Shown here in pieces: positions 48,670 to 61,730 of a DNA stretch of 64,000 nucleotides (its first letter is position 1; each line of letters opens with the position of its first letter). The DNA is from Psammoneis japonica (lineage: Eukaryota), in NCBI GenBank assembly GCA_008632985.1, contig QPGO01000052.1, positions 248,001 to 312,000 of the forward strand. Direction: 5' to 3'. Made by a program: the position numbers and the translations under genes. The notes below the pieces were generated by a model that saw only the letters and a program-made list of their open reading frames with translations, did no database searches and was not told the DNA's origin.

Positions 48670-50785
48670 ATCTGTTGTATTTGTTGTCACATGGAGTGGT
48701 GATTCATTCGCAGAGAAGCATGTCGCTGCACTCATCGCAAGCAGCCCTGAAACTTCATTTTCTGTACTCACTTGGTGCCGTACTTTTTCAACTTGTCGAT
48801 GGTCCTTGCACCGTCAGCATGGTCGGTCCGCAAGTAGCAGTGTAGGGTAGAAAAAGTTTCTATTCTAGTAACCAGATTGTATCAGGGAAAAACAGTGTTG
48901 CTCACATAGGATACATTGTGATAGCACTGTGCCGGTACATTAGATTAAGATGGAATAGTTCATTCCGCGGTTTTTGTTCGGAAACCCACACGGTAAGTTG
49001 CGATGCGCTTCACAGGATGAAAAACGCTACGCTTGAATTGCTGCACAGGCTTCCACATAGATCATTCACAAAATTAAGTGTATTCCATACAGCGAACTGA
49101 ATTGACCTTACTCACTCGATACTCGCTACAGATAACGCCACATCGTCGTCCTTATCCCAGAGAAAGAAAAGCGGCGTCGATAGAGCTCTGCTTTTTCCAC
49201 TTACTCCTCATGGCAGAGAATGTGTCATTGTGGTGTAGTTGAAATAATACGCAACACTCAATGGGTCTGCAGATTTCACATGCTCTGCAGCATTTGCTTC
49301 CTCGAGAGCCAAACCCTTCCATTCTCGACTCTTGGCGAAGTTTACCAATGATGTTGGCGTCAGCAGTCACAATGCATTTACGTCAAAGTCTTTCGGGTCG
49401 GAGCATACAGACACGGTCAATGCTGAACATCCCTGCTTGCAAGTGGGAGCAAGCGCACCGATTCGAACTATCTATAAAAATCGAGTGTGGCTACAACTTT
49501 CCGACTTTCCGCTGCCTTTCAACAACAACGGACCTTCTCTGCTGCAGCACATTCTTCTTCTTACCACCGTGGAAGAGCATTATCTCCCGCCATGCTACAG
49601 GAAAATTGAACATCCAGAGCCTTGTCAAAAAAAGGCTTGCTCTTCCTTTCAATCGATTCGGTGTGCTCGGACATCGTTCTGACACCTGCATTAGTCAACC
49701 CTTGCTTACTGATTCGAGACATGTTGCGCAGAAGAGTGCAATGAGTTGGCACAGAAGTCTCTCACCATCTCAGTGCTCGACCCAACACAGAAACTCTAAA
49801 TCTGATGACGTCGGGAGGGTCGTTTAGGTCATGGTGCTGTAGACAGCGGGAAATCCAGCCCAATGATCGCTGGGCCTCCCCTGAATTGTGCCATCCGCGC
49901 CCACGGTTCCCATCTCATTTCGAAAAATGCCACACGTCTATCTTGTAACGACAACAAGCGTAGGTTGGAAGCAATCGTCAAGGGAAATAGCTTTTCACGA
50001 GCGCTCTTGTTGATGTGCCAACACTGCCCCTTCTCCCGTAAGAGGCTTTCTTGTTTCACGCCGTCATCTGACCAAGTCAACTTGCACTGTAGTCTCACTT
50101 TTGCAATGTGCACCAAGCTTGGCTGCGCAGACCCGGCGATAACAATTCGAAACATAGGACAGCAATTGCACCGTTGTTTGTTCAACTTTGCCTTGCAACA
50201 TGCCGCACACGGTGGGTCATCAACTGCATGTCCTCCAAGCGGCGATTTCCACTGGCTGGAGATTTTATCTTTTCGCTCCAGAGCAACCGACTCGTCTCTT
50301 CTTAAAAATGTGCTGTCTGCTGTCTAGCTAGAAGAATCCGTAATGGGCACTGAAGCTCCCGCATCATTTTCTTTTAAAGACCTTTGTGCGAACTGCCTCA
50401 TTTAAGACCAGATGTTTCGAATGTCGACACAAACGCTGCTCGGTGGTGGTGTGATGCGTGATTGTCGGAGGGATTGAGCTCGAATTATCGCAAAAGCACG
50501 ATCAACGTTCATTCCGCGCTTTTTCTGCTGTTTCACCAGACGCCAACTGGCCCAGCTCTGAGCAACAGTTTCTTTTGCAGCCGAACGACGAATTTGTAAG
50601 ATCGAAGAATCGGCAGGTGCGTGTGCAGTGTGTTGTCGGAGACAGCTGGCTTGAAACGAATAAGACGTCATGGTCGATTTTCGGGCTGGGGGTGATGCGA
50701 TGTGATGTGCGGCCTTGGAGCGTCCGTCAGGCGGCGTGGAGCGTCCGACCTGCCTCCGTAAAATCCGGTTGTCTTTCTGCTGAGG

Positions 50786-50826
50786 TGTGCGCATTTTGTG
50801 CGCATTCTGTGCGCATTTTGTGCGCA
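50786..50826. repeat. 11-bp tandem repeat (tgtgcgcattt) about x3.5
   Basis: Read directly from sequence. Confidence 0.85.
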
Positions 50827-51194
50827 GGCCTTGCACGCGGCATTTTGATGTGTTTCAGGACAAACCTGTTGTCATGCGTGGGACTCCTTCTTCAGCTGGA
50901 AGACAACAGTTCTTAAATGCAGACAATTTGTGACAGACACACTCATTTGTTCAGCTTGCGATCAGCAGCTGGCTGGGCTTGGCCCCGCAGCCTTGCTGCC
51001 TGGGTGGCGCAGCCAGCAGCTGTGCACTTCCCGCTGGGTGTCTTGCCTTGAAGCTCTTCACAAGCTTTTTCTTGACCAAGCTCTTCACAATGTTTCCTGG
51101 TTTTGGCGCTCATCTTCTGTGCTGCAGAGCGCGGTGCTGCCGTGCTCTTCACCTTCAGAGGGCTGCCGGACGGGCTCCAGCCCTGGGCGGGACT

Positions 51195-52660
51195 TTTTGT
51201 GACATTGGGCCCGCAGAATTCTACGTGCGAGCTCCGCATTGCAAAAATTTAATTGATGGATGCTTTCATCTTCAACATCAAATGAACGACCAAGTTTGTG
51301 GCACAAGTGTGGCCATTGCCGCTTGACGTTTTTGCAAACGCGCCTGCCCTGCCCCATTCTCAAGACATTTGCGAATGGCGCAGAAGAAAAAAATGTCAAA
51401 AGTTGTTGGACGGATCACTCAACAAGTGCACCACAAAATGACACCAAACGTGGTGCGACCCAAAAAACTCTCGATGTCACAGCTCAGCGGTGCGAGGTCC
51501 CACCTGACGTGTTCCAGCCGCGCGCGACCCAAGTCGTGCACAAAAACGACATTTGCGTGATTTTTGCACGGTCTCTGACTTGCGAACAGTTTTTCACCAC
51601 CGAAAGCACAGATTTGCTCAAATTCTAATGTTTTGCAACACTGACAAGACTCGTGTGAGTGTTGCAAAATCATTGTCATTGTGCCATCAATGTTTTTCAT
51701 TGCGACAAACGAGTCGCAACACAACGGATGATTTTCGGCGAAATCATTGCCGTCACTTGGATGTCAACTGAGTGCGTCTTTCTACAATGCTTTTCAGTGC
51801 ATTTGCTGCTTGCAAAGAAATTTCTGTGTGAAGAGTGCGGATGTGCAATCAGCGCTCAGTCTGCTGAGGAAGTTTGTGATGCACGTGTCATGAGGAACTC
51901 GACACCCAACAAAAAACTGTTCAATTCTTCACAATCATGCATGCTCTGGATGCCTGTAAAAGCCAATCCGCCTGAGCATTTTACATGAAAATGCTGCATG
52001 CACTGAGAGATGCACGATTCATGTTCAAAATCGATTGTCGTTTTGTGTGTCACCTGGGACTGGAACACGTCACCTGGAGCTGGAACGCGTCGCCGGCAGC
52101 CCTCGTGCAGTTGGGGGCTGCAGATGTGGAGACCAGCCTTGCGCTGGAGAGCAGCACAGCCAAGCTTGTGGGGCCAATGCTTTCTGTCTTTGTTCAGTCT
52201 CATGTGGCACCTCTTGCCCAAATGCCATGCTTGGTGATGTCCTCCGCCAGCGCAAATTTTTTGGCACCTGGGTTGCCAGCCAATGAAGGCCAAACGACAA
52301 CGTTTTGTGACTTTTGGCCCGCAGAATTCTACGTGCGAGCTCTGCAGTGCAAGAATCTAATCAATGGATGTTTTTGTCTTCAACATCAAATGCAACGGCC
52401 AAGTTTGTGGCACATTTGTGCCTGTCCACACTCGAAGTTTTCGGTTGTCCGCCTGCCCTGCGCCACTCTAAAGACATTTGCAAATGGTGCAGAAGAAAAA
52501 AATGTTAAAAGTTGTTGAATGGATCGCTCAACAATTGTGCTGCAAAATGATGCAAAATTCCACCAAAGTCACGTAGAAATGTGTGTGCGCGACATGCGGC
52601 GCGATTCAAAAAACCATCCACGTCACAGTTCAGCAGTGCAAGGTCCCACCCAGAGCTGGA
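51195..52660. repeat. Dispersed direct repeat of about 330 bp (51195-51520 and 52303-52660)
   Basis: Shared cccgcagaattctacgtgcgagctc..tcttcaacatcaaatg..ccaagtttgtggcaca..cgcctgccctgc..gcagaagaaaaaaatgt. Confidence 0.85.
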
Positions 52661-55357
52661 ACATGTCAAACAGCCCTCATCTGCTTTGACATGATTGCAA
52701 CTTTGTGCGCCCACCACCGCATGTGCTCCCCACAAGAATGACACTCACACAAATCCCAGAGCACTTGGTCAGAATTTTGGCATTTTTTGGGCAAGTGCAC
52801 AAAACATGTGCGCAGCCAACGGCATTTTGAGGCCTTTTTCTGACCATCTTGGCTGGTGTGAAGATCCAAGGCTGGCCCTGTCTACCCCCCCCCAGTCAAT
52901 TGTTTTGGATTGTGCCCACCCTTCTTGTCCAATGGAGTCTGTGACAGAGCTGCAAAGCAAGCACTCTTGCACACTCACAATCGCAGCAACTCTGAGCTCC
53001 CCTCTTGAGCCCACAAGGACACCACACACAAAGCAAAACACGAAGTGGCCAAACGGAAAGCAAGGACACATGAGGCAACACTCAGATTGATTTTCAGCTC
53101 TTTGCCCAAGAACAACAAGGCCAGAGCTGTCAAGAATGATGCCAAAGCAGGAGCATGGCTGTCGCGCACAACCCTTTGATGCTGAGCTGCACAGAGCTCT
53201 TGTGCAAACAGCTCTGCAGTGTTTTTGTTTGTGGTGCAGCAAGGCCTTGCCTGATCTCCTTGAGCACTGCAGTGGATGTGGGCACAAGCTCTTTGCAAAC
53301 CATGCCTTTCAATGTGGGGAGGGCATGGCTGGGTTGTTGGGCGGCATGACAAAGTGAGCGGCAACCCAAGTGGCCCAGTTGGAGAGGCTTGCAGGCTGTC
53401 CTGTGCGAATGACAAACCTGCCATTGAGAACCCTGCTGTTGGTCATGTCATCTTGGCAAGCCCAAGCAACTTGGGCAATCCATCAAGTGACAAAAGTTCC
53501 AAAGTGCCCAAGGATGGCAACTGTGGAGATGTTCCAGCATGCAGACTCTGGGGCAGAAGGGCAGACATGGTCATGGTTGTGGATGTCTGAGCTCCAGGCA
53601 TGGGTGCAGGCAAGATTGTGCCCACCCAAGGCACTGGGGCAAGCTCCAGCAGACCATGAACAAGATGAAAAGCACAAGCAATGAGAGAAAAAGTGCAAGC
53701 ACCTCAATGAGAGAAAAAGTGCAAGCACCAAGCACCTCGCGCCCCGCCTTGAGCAACGTTGCCACTTTTCTCCTGCCCTTTGCAGCACCAGGATGCCCGG
53801 CAGAGAGAGGCCAGAGAGGTGCTCTGAACAATTGCTTCAAGGATGCTTGACAAGCAACAAAAGCTGTGCTTGGAGGTGTGTGGCCACGCTGATGCAAGAA
53901 TGAGCACCGCACAATGGCAAGGGCAGCCCTGCAGCATTGCCGCTGCCCAGTGGGATCGTGCACTCCCTCATCTCAGAGCTGATGCTGGTTTGTTCCTTTG
54001 GAGCCACCAAAGGACCTTGCTTGTGCTGAGCTCCACCTGCAAAAAAATGATGCTGACCCGCTGTCCTCAGACACCATTGACAACAAGCTCCTGCAATGGC
54101 CAAAACTGCTGTGCGCCAGCATGGCGGCTGCTGTGGTGTGCCAAAGTCATCTGCTCTTGAGTGCCGCATGAACAGATGACAAAAAATGCACACAGAACCA
54201 CCCCTCACTTGTGTGGCTGAAGTTTTGCCCATTTTGAGAAGCACTTTGCAACAACTTTGTTCGAAGCATGGCATGGAAATGGTTTTTGCTCAGAGCCACT
54301 TGTGTTTCCCAGGGGGTTTCAAATCAAGTGTTTGCACCAGACATCTGATGCATGAGAAATTTTCAATGTTTGCTGGCACAGACCATGCAGATTGCATGCC
54401 AGAGATGGTCCAATGCCCACGCTGTCATGCTGAACGCCATTTTTGCAATCTGTCAAACAAGCTTGTTCACATTTTGTGTCAGCAAGAATTGTGGATTTGT
54501 GGTTGTCCAAAGTGTGCCAAAAAATTGATTGTGCAATGATTCAAGGCAGGTTGGCGCTGTTTCAATTGTCACAGGTGCTTTCACCAATTTTCCTGCTTCT
54601 TTTTTGTTTTCACAAATCTTTGTCCATTTCAGAAAAGTCAAGGGCATGGAGCATTTTTGTGGTGATCTAAGTGCAATCACGTTGCTGTGGGCAGGAGCTG
54701 CAATCCTTGCCAGCGTGCGCTGGGAATGAGTGCATGCAACCGTGTCAGCTTGTGCAGGAGACAGGTCAGCAGGTCAGCACTGTCTCTTGTGGGCTTCTGC
54801 TGAACAATGGGGAAAAAGGGGCCAAGACAGGAGATTGCAGAAAAGGTCAACCCGCTTGACCGACACTTCAACATGTTTGTGCTGCACAGCTTGCACTGGC
54901 TGCTCATCTCATTTTGTTCCCAGTTCTTGAGCTGACCAACATCAGAGTCAGCATTTTGACTTCATTGTCATGCGTCACCCACTGTGTCTGCTCAACGATG
55001 CAGCTGGAGAGTCTTCTCCTTTCTGCCATCAGATGCAGCTGCTGCTGAGCAAGAAACATCTCCTCCTCAACCGCGCAAAGAAATGCTTCAGCTTTGTGAA
55101 CCAGCTGCAATTGTGGGTGCAGCAGCAGAGGAAAGAAACTTGGATTCAGCCAATCGGAGCTTTGCGATGAAAATTTGAGCTTCGCACACAAAAACACGCA
55201 ATTGTCTCCAAATTTGCAGTGAGCAGTCTCACAGTGCACCGGACGCGCACGCAACGCTCCAAAAAATTTGCTGGGGGAGCTCTGAAGAGACACGGATTTT
55301 TGCTTTCACTGCACGCAATGATCGCAACATCGCAGCCGTGATGCAACACAACACCGC

Positions 55358-57655
55358 ATGCAACGCGCATCGAGTCAATTGTGCCTTGACAGCATGGAGC
55401 CGGTGACAGTGTCTTCATTGAAAGATGATCCAAGGAGGTGGGGAGAAAATGATGTGTGCGTTTGCAGCTGGGGTGATGCACGCCGTGAGATTCAGAAACA
55501 ATTTTGTGCTCTTGCCGTTGCTGGAGATTGTGAACCTCACGCTGGTTGGTGCAAGTGACTGCAGCTTTTGGGAGACTCAGAGAAACAGTTGAAATGGAGA
55601 GGTGCTGTGCTGTTGAACCTTGGCACATCTGAAGATTTGGTTGCCAACATGGAATCGGTCCCGGTCGCGAGACAGCATTGGACGGCCAGACAGTTGGAGT
55701 TTTTTGACAAAGGCAAGAAAGCATTCACGCCCCTCCCTGCAACAGAAATGAAGGCACTTGCTGTCACCTTTGACCAGCAGTTTGGCATTGCAAAGAAAGG
55801 AAAGAAACACTGTTTTCATTGCCCCAACGTGTCAAAGGAATCACTTCTTGCCGAGACAGCAAGGTCGCCGCGCGATTGCCACAAGGAAGCACGTGATGAG
55901 CAAGTGGCATTTGCAAAGCTTGGCAATTGTCATCAGGCTTTCAAGGAGCGCACACTTTCTGATTTCATCAATGAAAATGAAGGCTCCAACAAGGAAAATG
56001 ACAAACCAGCACTGGCAACACCAAATGCATCATTGCAGGGAAAGGATTTTGCAGTGTCAAATGAAGCTCAGGCCAAGGTGAAGTGCCTGAAGGGAAGCAA
56101 GCGGACAGCAAGCTGCAGGAAGCGCAAAGCCAGCAATCCTCCTCCTCCTTCTGAACCTTCATTTGTTGCTGATGAGGTGGAAGATTTCTTGACAAATTTT
56201 CTTGACAGCAACTCGGCGTGTTGGCACCAGCTGACGTCAAGAGAATGGCGTGCCAACAATCCCGAAGCAGCCAAGGACTTGTTTGGATTTCAGTCTCTTG
56301 ATGAGGCAAAGCGGTGCATGTCTGCATTCTTTGCTGATGTGCCTGTGCATGTTCCAACAATCAAGTTTGTTGCCAAAGAGAAGAAGCTCATGTACGACCC
56401 GCCGGATCCCACTGCGTTTGAACAGGTGCTAATTGTGAAATGCATTGTGCGCCACTGTCCAGTCGGAAAGACAACGGGACGGGTTTTTGGGGTGGTTCCG
56501 ACTGCAGCGTTGAAGCATCTGAACAAGTGGGCCCCATGTTGGGGCAAGCATGGCGAGTTTCTTTCTATCTTGCCGACACCTCCCGACCATTTTGACAAGG
56601 AGCTGCCGGATGAATTTGTTGAGCAGAATCTTGACAAAACTGCTGTGTTGCTGGATGGCAAGGACACGCCAACAGACACCATGCGGAAGGATGATGCAGC
56701 ACGTTGCAAACAAAACAGCAACAAGATGGGCTGCTCCGCATTTCATTTTGTGAATTTTGCATCAGCGCGCACATTGTCGCATGAGCACACAAGGGCGCAT
56801 GGGGCTTGAGTTGATGAGAAACGTCTTGTGGAGGTGATCGGTTCATGCCAAAAGAAGAAAGCTCCCATTCATGAGTGGAAAGACCATGCCAAAGAAAACA
56901 AGGTTCAAAAAGAGCTCAGGCACTGGATGGTGCGGGATGACTTGGTGGTGGGGAAGGAGCTGGAGGAAGCAGTGGTGGCGACAGATTCCCACAAGGCTCA
57001 GGAGACGGATGATGCAAACAACAGATGGGCCAGTTCTAGAGTTGTTGAGTTTTCAGATTTTGACTTTGGGCCCAAGAGTGATGACAGCAGCAGTGAGAGT
57101 GACCAGAGTGGCCCCAGCAACACCGACTGCAATTCGGACTCGGAAAGCATCGCAACGGCCGCCTCCTCTGCTGCAGATGATCTCAATCCGAAAGATTGTC
57201 AACACATTGTGGATCACATTGACAAGTGGTTCAATGAGCGGCTGGAAATTGTTTGCATGGATGGAAAGCTGTGCGAAGCTGGCTTGGACAAGGTCGCGCC
57301 AATGCTGAGCAAGAACTGCAACCAAATGAAGGCCATGAGCAAGAAGGCGCTGCATTTGTTGCCCCAGAACTCTCCGGAGAAATTGCTGCAGCAACTTGAG
57401 CTGTTTGAGAGACTGCACAAGTTGCATGACCAAAACACAATTAAAAGGTGCATCCTGAGCGCACACTTGGAAATGACGAAAGAGCTCCAATGGGATTTGT
57501 CATGCTGGCTTGGCAGCGAGTTGAAACCAGGAGGTCGCGTTTTGGACAACAATGGCGAGGCTCCCAGGGATGCATTTTTGCGCCTGTGCAAGATGCCACC
57601 TGATGAAGATGGTCTTGGAGACAAGGGGTTTGAGAAAACAGATGTTTGTTTTGGC
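55358..57655 (+). pseudogene. PIF/Harbinger/ISL2EU-like DDE transposase pseudogene, copy 2 (3' truncated)
   Basis: Possible THAP-like N-terminus (CVCSW..KWR..ARQHWT), HTH-like region, VLLDGKDTPT and GLGDKGFEKT; in-frame stops. Confidence 0.75.
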
Positions 57656-57858
57656 TGAAGAGCGGTCAATGAGCTCTTTGGCGGATGTGTTGGATCCGAC
57701 ATCACACACTGTGCCGCAACATCCTTGTGACAGTTCTTGTGCAGCCAAACTGAAATGTTGACCCCAAGTCTCTTTCCTTGGGCGTCACTGAAGGGAATGG
57801 AGGGTTGAGCATTGACAGGGCCAAGCGCCTTGAGCCACAGACCTCCGATGCCCATCAT
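57655..57858 (-). pseudogene. Exo1/XPG N-terminal fragment, copy 2
   Basis: MGIGGLWLKAL..GKRLGVNISVWLHK matches the XPG-N consensus MGI.GL..G..AVD...WLH. Confidence 0.78.
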
Positions 57859-59766
57859 GCGTGATGAGTTGTGTCATGGTCGCTGCGTTGCAAATCTCGT
57901 GCGAAGCAAGGAAAAAATCGGCAATTTTTTCATGTTCGTGGCCGATTGAAGGCAAAGGGAAAAAAGGAGGGGATTCCAACAGTTGAACACACACACACAA
58001 TTTGACCATCATCAGAGGCCGCAATGTGGTGTTGTTCACTTTCCTTTGGAAAAATCGGAACATTTGATTTGATGAAAGCACGGCATTGTCAGTTAAATTC
58101 AATTTCAAATGCAATGGTCAACTTGAATTTGTTGTCACCTTTTCATGTCTGCAATTGTCACCGTTTTCTTTTGAACTAAATTCGCCAAGGACTGTCAACA
58201 CATCTTTTGTTGTTGAACAATGCATTTTGTGTTGATTGATTTTTCACATGTTTGTTGAAACGTTAACTTTGACAGTGCTTTTCAACAGCTCCACCGCAGT
58301 CTTGCGTCACCACAGACAATGGCATTTCTTGCACGCCCAAGTCGGCCACGTGATCACCTGGCTCATCATTTCCACCTGCACTTGCCAGTTTTCCAGTCAA
58401 CAGCTCCCTGCCTGCCTTTTGGCGCCCACTCTACATGCGCAATTCTCTGCCCATTTCATGACAGCACACCCTCTCCCCAAAAAGCATTTGACAAGAGGGT
58501 GTGCTGTTGTGGCTCCTGCACATTCTACGTGAATCGGCGTCTGACTGTTGGCCATGGCGTCCAATGACTTTACCCCATCTCACGATGCATGGATCGTTGG
58601 GTCGATGCATCTTTCATTTGGGATCTTTTTCCAATGTTGTCATGAAGAGGTTGACACATTGGTTTGGTTTTCTGGGGGGCTTTGGTTTTGACACACGGTG
58701 CAAACGGTGACGTGCCTCGACTTGTGACTCGATTGCTGCAGTGCACGTGTGACACATGAATGGTCGACAATGTCGTGACGGCAAGTTCTCTTTGTGTTTT
58801 CTCAATTTACATCGTTTTCCTGTTCACTGAAGATCATTGTTGTTTTTTGTTGCAGCACGCAAGGTCGATTGATCGTCTCGTACGGTCGATTGTTGCATCT
58901 GTGATGTTGGTGTCTTTCTCATGGTGTTTGCACCACCACAGCATGTCCATTTGGGAGCCTCATGCTTCATCTCACTCTTTGCCCTTTGGCGCATCTATTT
59001 GCGCTGTTTGTTTGCACTCGTGACGAGCTTGGTGTGTTTTTGGATGTCTTGGTTGGCTCGCAATTGCAGCATGTCGTTTTTCGGCGACAACAATTTCTTG
59101 ACAGTGCACACCTTCAGAATGAAACGATGCGAATGAGCATCGAGGACACCTGTGGCGCTGACATTTGTCGTGCACTCGCACCACAAACCAAAGCAGCTGT
59201 GGCTGTGAGCATGTTGTGATTGTTTGAGTTTTGAACTCGTTTTGACGAAACTCGCATGCCTCGCTAGTGTTTTTTGGTGTGTCCACTTCAAAGTGCAGGC
59301 ATGTGGTCTGTGACAACCCTTTCTTCCTGCTCTGCAAAGGCATTGTCATCACCATCTAAGACATTGTGTTGCCCACGCTATTTTGGGAGATCTTGGCAGT
59401 GTGACGACTTGTCTGGGCTTTGCAATGGGTGAAATGGGGAGGTGGAGGCTTGCATGGCTGGGCTCCTCGCCTGCTCTTGCATGCGTTGATGCAGCGAACC
59501 GCTGGTGTCACTTGGTGCCAGGAAATTTGGCAGGGCGACTCAGAACTGACTGTGAAAGGTGCCCCAGTGAGCACACTGTGACATGCAACCCCAATGGATT
59601 GTTGTTGTGTGCGTTGTTCCACTCACATTTTCATTTTGCATGTCATTTTCCAGTGTGACTGTCGTTGACCGTCAAAGCTTGCAGCGGCATTTCCAGGCCC
59701 ACATTCTACATGATCAACATGCTTTGATGCTCTTTGCTCACATGGGGAAATCAGATCCTGGAGTGC

Positions 59767-61240
59767 TCAGTTCCTGGTTGGATCTAGACCAGAGATGTGT
59801 GGCTGTTCGATGAAATGTGGGATGGAGTGTGGGCACAAGCTCTGTTGCTTCTGGATGGCACGCACCACATGCGCACTGCAGAGTGTGTGTGTGCACCATT
59901 TCAAATGATGCTTGCCGATCTGCCATTCCAATGCACAGGAAAGACATTTCTCCAGCAGAAGTGGGGAGCACGGTGCCGGCAGTGCGTGAAAAGAAACACA
60001 GTGATGAAGACGGTGCCGGCCTGAGCGCAGAAGTCTAAAGAATGTGACCATCTCAAGATCCTCATGCCATCCTTTCTGTTGTGACTTGATTTGCTCTTTC
60101 ATGTCTCGATCGATTTCCTTGGATGGACATGAGGAATGGAGAGCATTGTTGATGTGCTTTGATTTGGTGAGCTTGGAGCACTTTAGATGCTCATCGTCTC
60201 GCACTCCAAAATTTGCATTGGCACCTGAATTCTTTCCCGACCTGGCGGGTGTGCAGAAGTGACACAATCCACAGGCACCTTCCTTCATGCAATGATCTCC
60301 AGTGCGCTTCTCAGACTCTGCCTTTGGTTGGAGCAACAAGGATGCAGCACCACTCCAAAACTCAATGTTTGGGAGGACATGGCCGCGGCTGACCATCATG
60401 GCCACCATCAGCGGCAGATTCTGTTCTGCCCACTGGAGTGTCCAGTGGTTGCGGCGAGTGTCACAGTTCTTGAGTTGCTGACGTTTGTGTGTCTTGAGTC
60501 GTTGCATCAGAGTCGGAACCAACTGAGCGGTTTGTTGCATTTGCTCTGGACCAAAAGACATGAAATCGTCTGCAACCTTGACCGCACTTGCTTGCCACAT
60601 CGGATTCTCACAGAGAGGATGCCCAACCTCATGGTCAGCAGGATCAACTGGAAGGACAGGAGCAGGAGCTGTGGTCTCACTGGGCAGTTCCTTTTTTCAC
60701 AAATGACAGGAAGGCGCCGAGCCTTGTAACTTGAGTGGATGAGCTCATGAACGAGTGAAGTCGGTGGGGAATGGAACCGCCTGCCGGAGTTTTTGTCATT
60801 CTCAGATTCATCCCTTGCCTCCGCCAACATGCCTTTGTTTGCACAAAACTTTGACGGCTTGTCTTTCATTGATTGGAAGAAGCGTGCATTCACAAATGAC
60901 TGCAACTGTGAAACAGCAAGTTTTGCGTGCATGTCGATCGATGCCTGTGCCACAATTGGCCCGTCTGACTCATCCACAACTTGAAGACTCTCATCGCTGC
61001 TCATCATGTCCAGCATTTTAGATTCCGCTGCCGCAGCTTCATCATGTGCTTTGTTGTGCGCTGCAATTTCACGGACAAGTTTTGCCTGCTTCTCAGCCCG
61101 CAGGCGATCCTGTCGTTCCTTCCGGGCTGCCCTTTGACCAGCAGAGTTAAGAAGTTTGGCATGCTGCATGTGATGCTGCACACCAAGGAGCCAAGCAGCC
61201 CAGCTCAGCTTTGAATGGAGCCCCAGGACAGCAGCCAACT
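59767..61240 (-). pseudogene. Degenerate coding remnant, probably TE-derived, unclassified
   Basis: Consecutive same-strand ORFs with protein-like charged helices (ARKERQDRLRAEKQAKL); no family recognised. Confidence 0.4.
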
Positions 61241-61489
61241 CTGGGTGATTTCAGCATGGTTTGCTTGTTCAAGCTGTGCTGCACTCACCCCACAATGCTC
61301 TGTGTTGTGGTGGCTTCTTGTCGCAAGCCATGGCTGAGTCAGCAGCCAGCCAGGACCCATCTTGCAAAGGCCACACACACATGTTGACCCTGTGCAAAGC
61401 TGTGTGAGGGGCCAGGTGCAGGAATTTGAAACAATGGCTTCACAGCCATTGGCCCCAAGTTGTCATTTGGTTGGGAGCCATTGCTGAGG

Positions 61490-61730
61490 GGCTGTGAAGT
61501 GTGGGGTTGCAAGCCCAGCCAGGAGCTCACACTCTGTCACAAAGTGCTGCCACAGCTGTCTTTGCATTGCAGCCAGCCAGGTGTGGTTGACCCCAAGTTG
61601 GCACTTGATTTAGAGTGACTGTCAAGGAGCTGTGAAGTGTGGGGTTGGGCAGTCCAGCCAGCTCACACTCTTTGCTGACAGCAGAAAGAGCTGTCGCAGC
61701 TGTCCTTGCATTGTGGTGCCAGCCAGGTGC
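61490..61730. repeat. Degenerate tandem repeat, period about 138 bp
   Basis: gctgtgaagtgtggggttg..ccagccag..ctcacactct..cagctgtc.ttgcattg..gccagccaggtg occurs twice. Confidence 0.75.
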
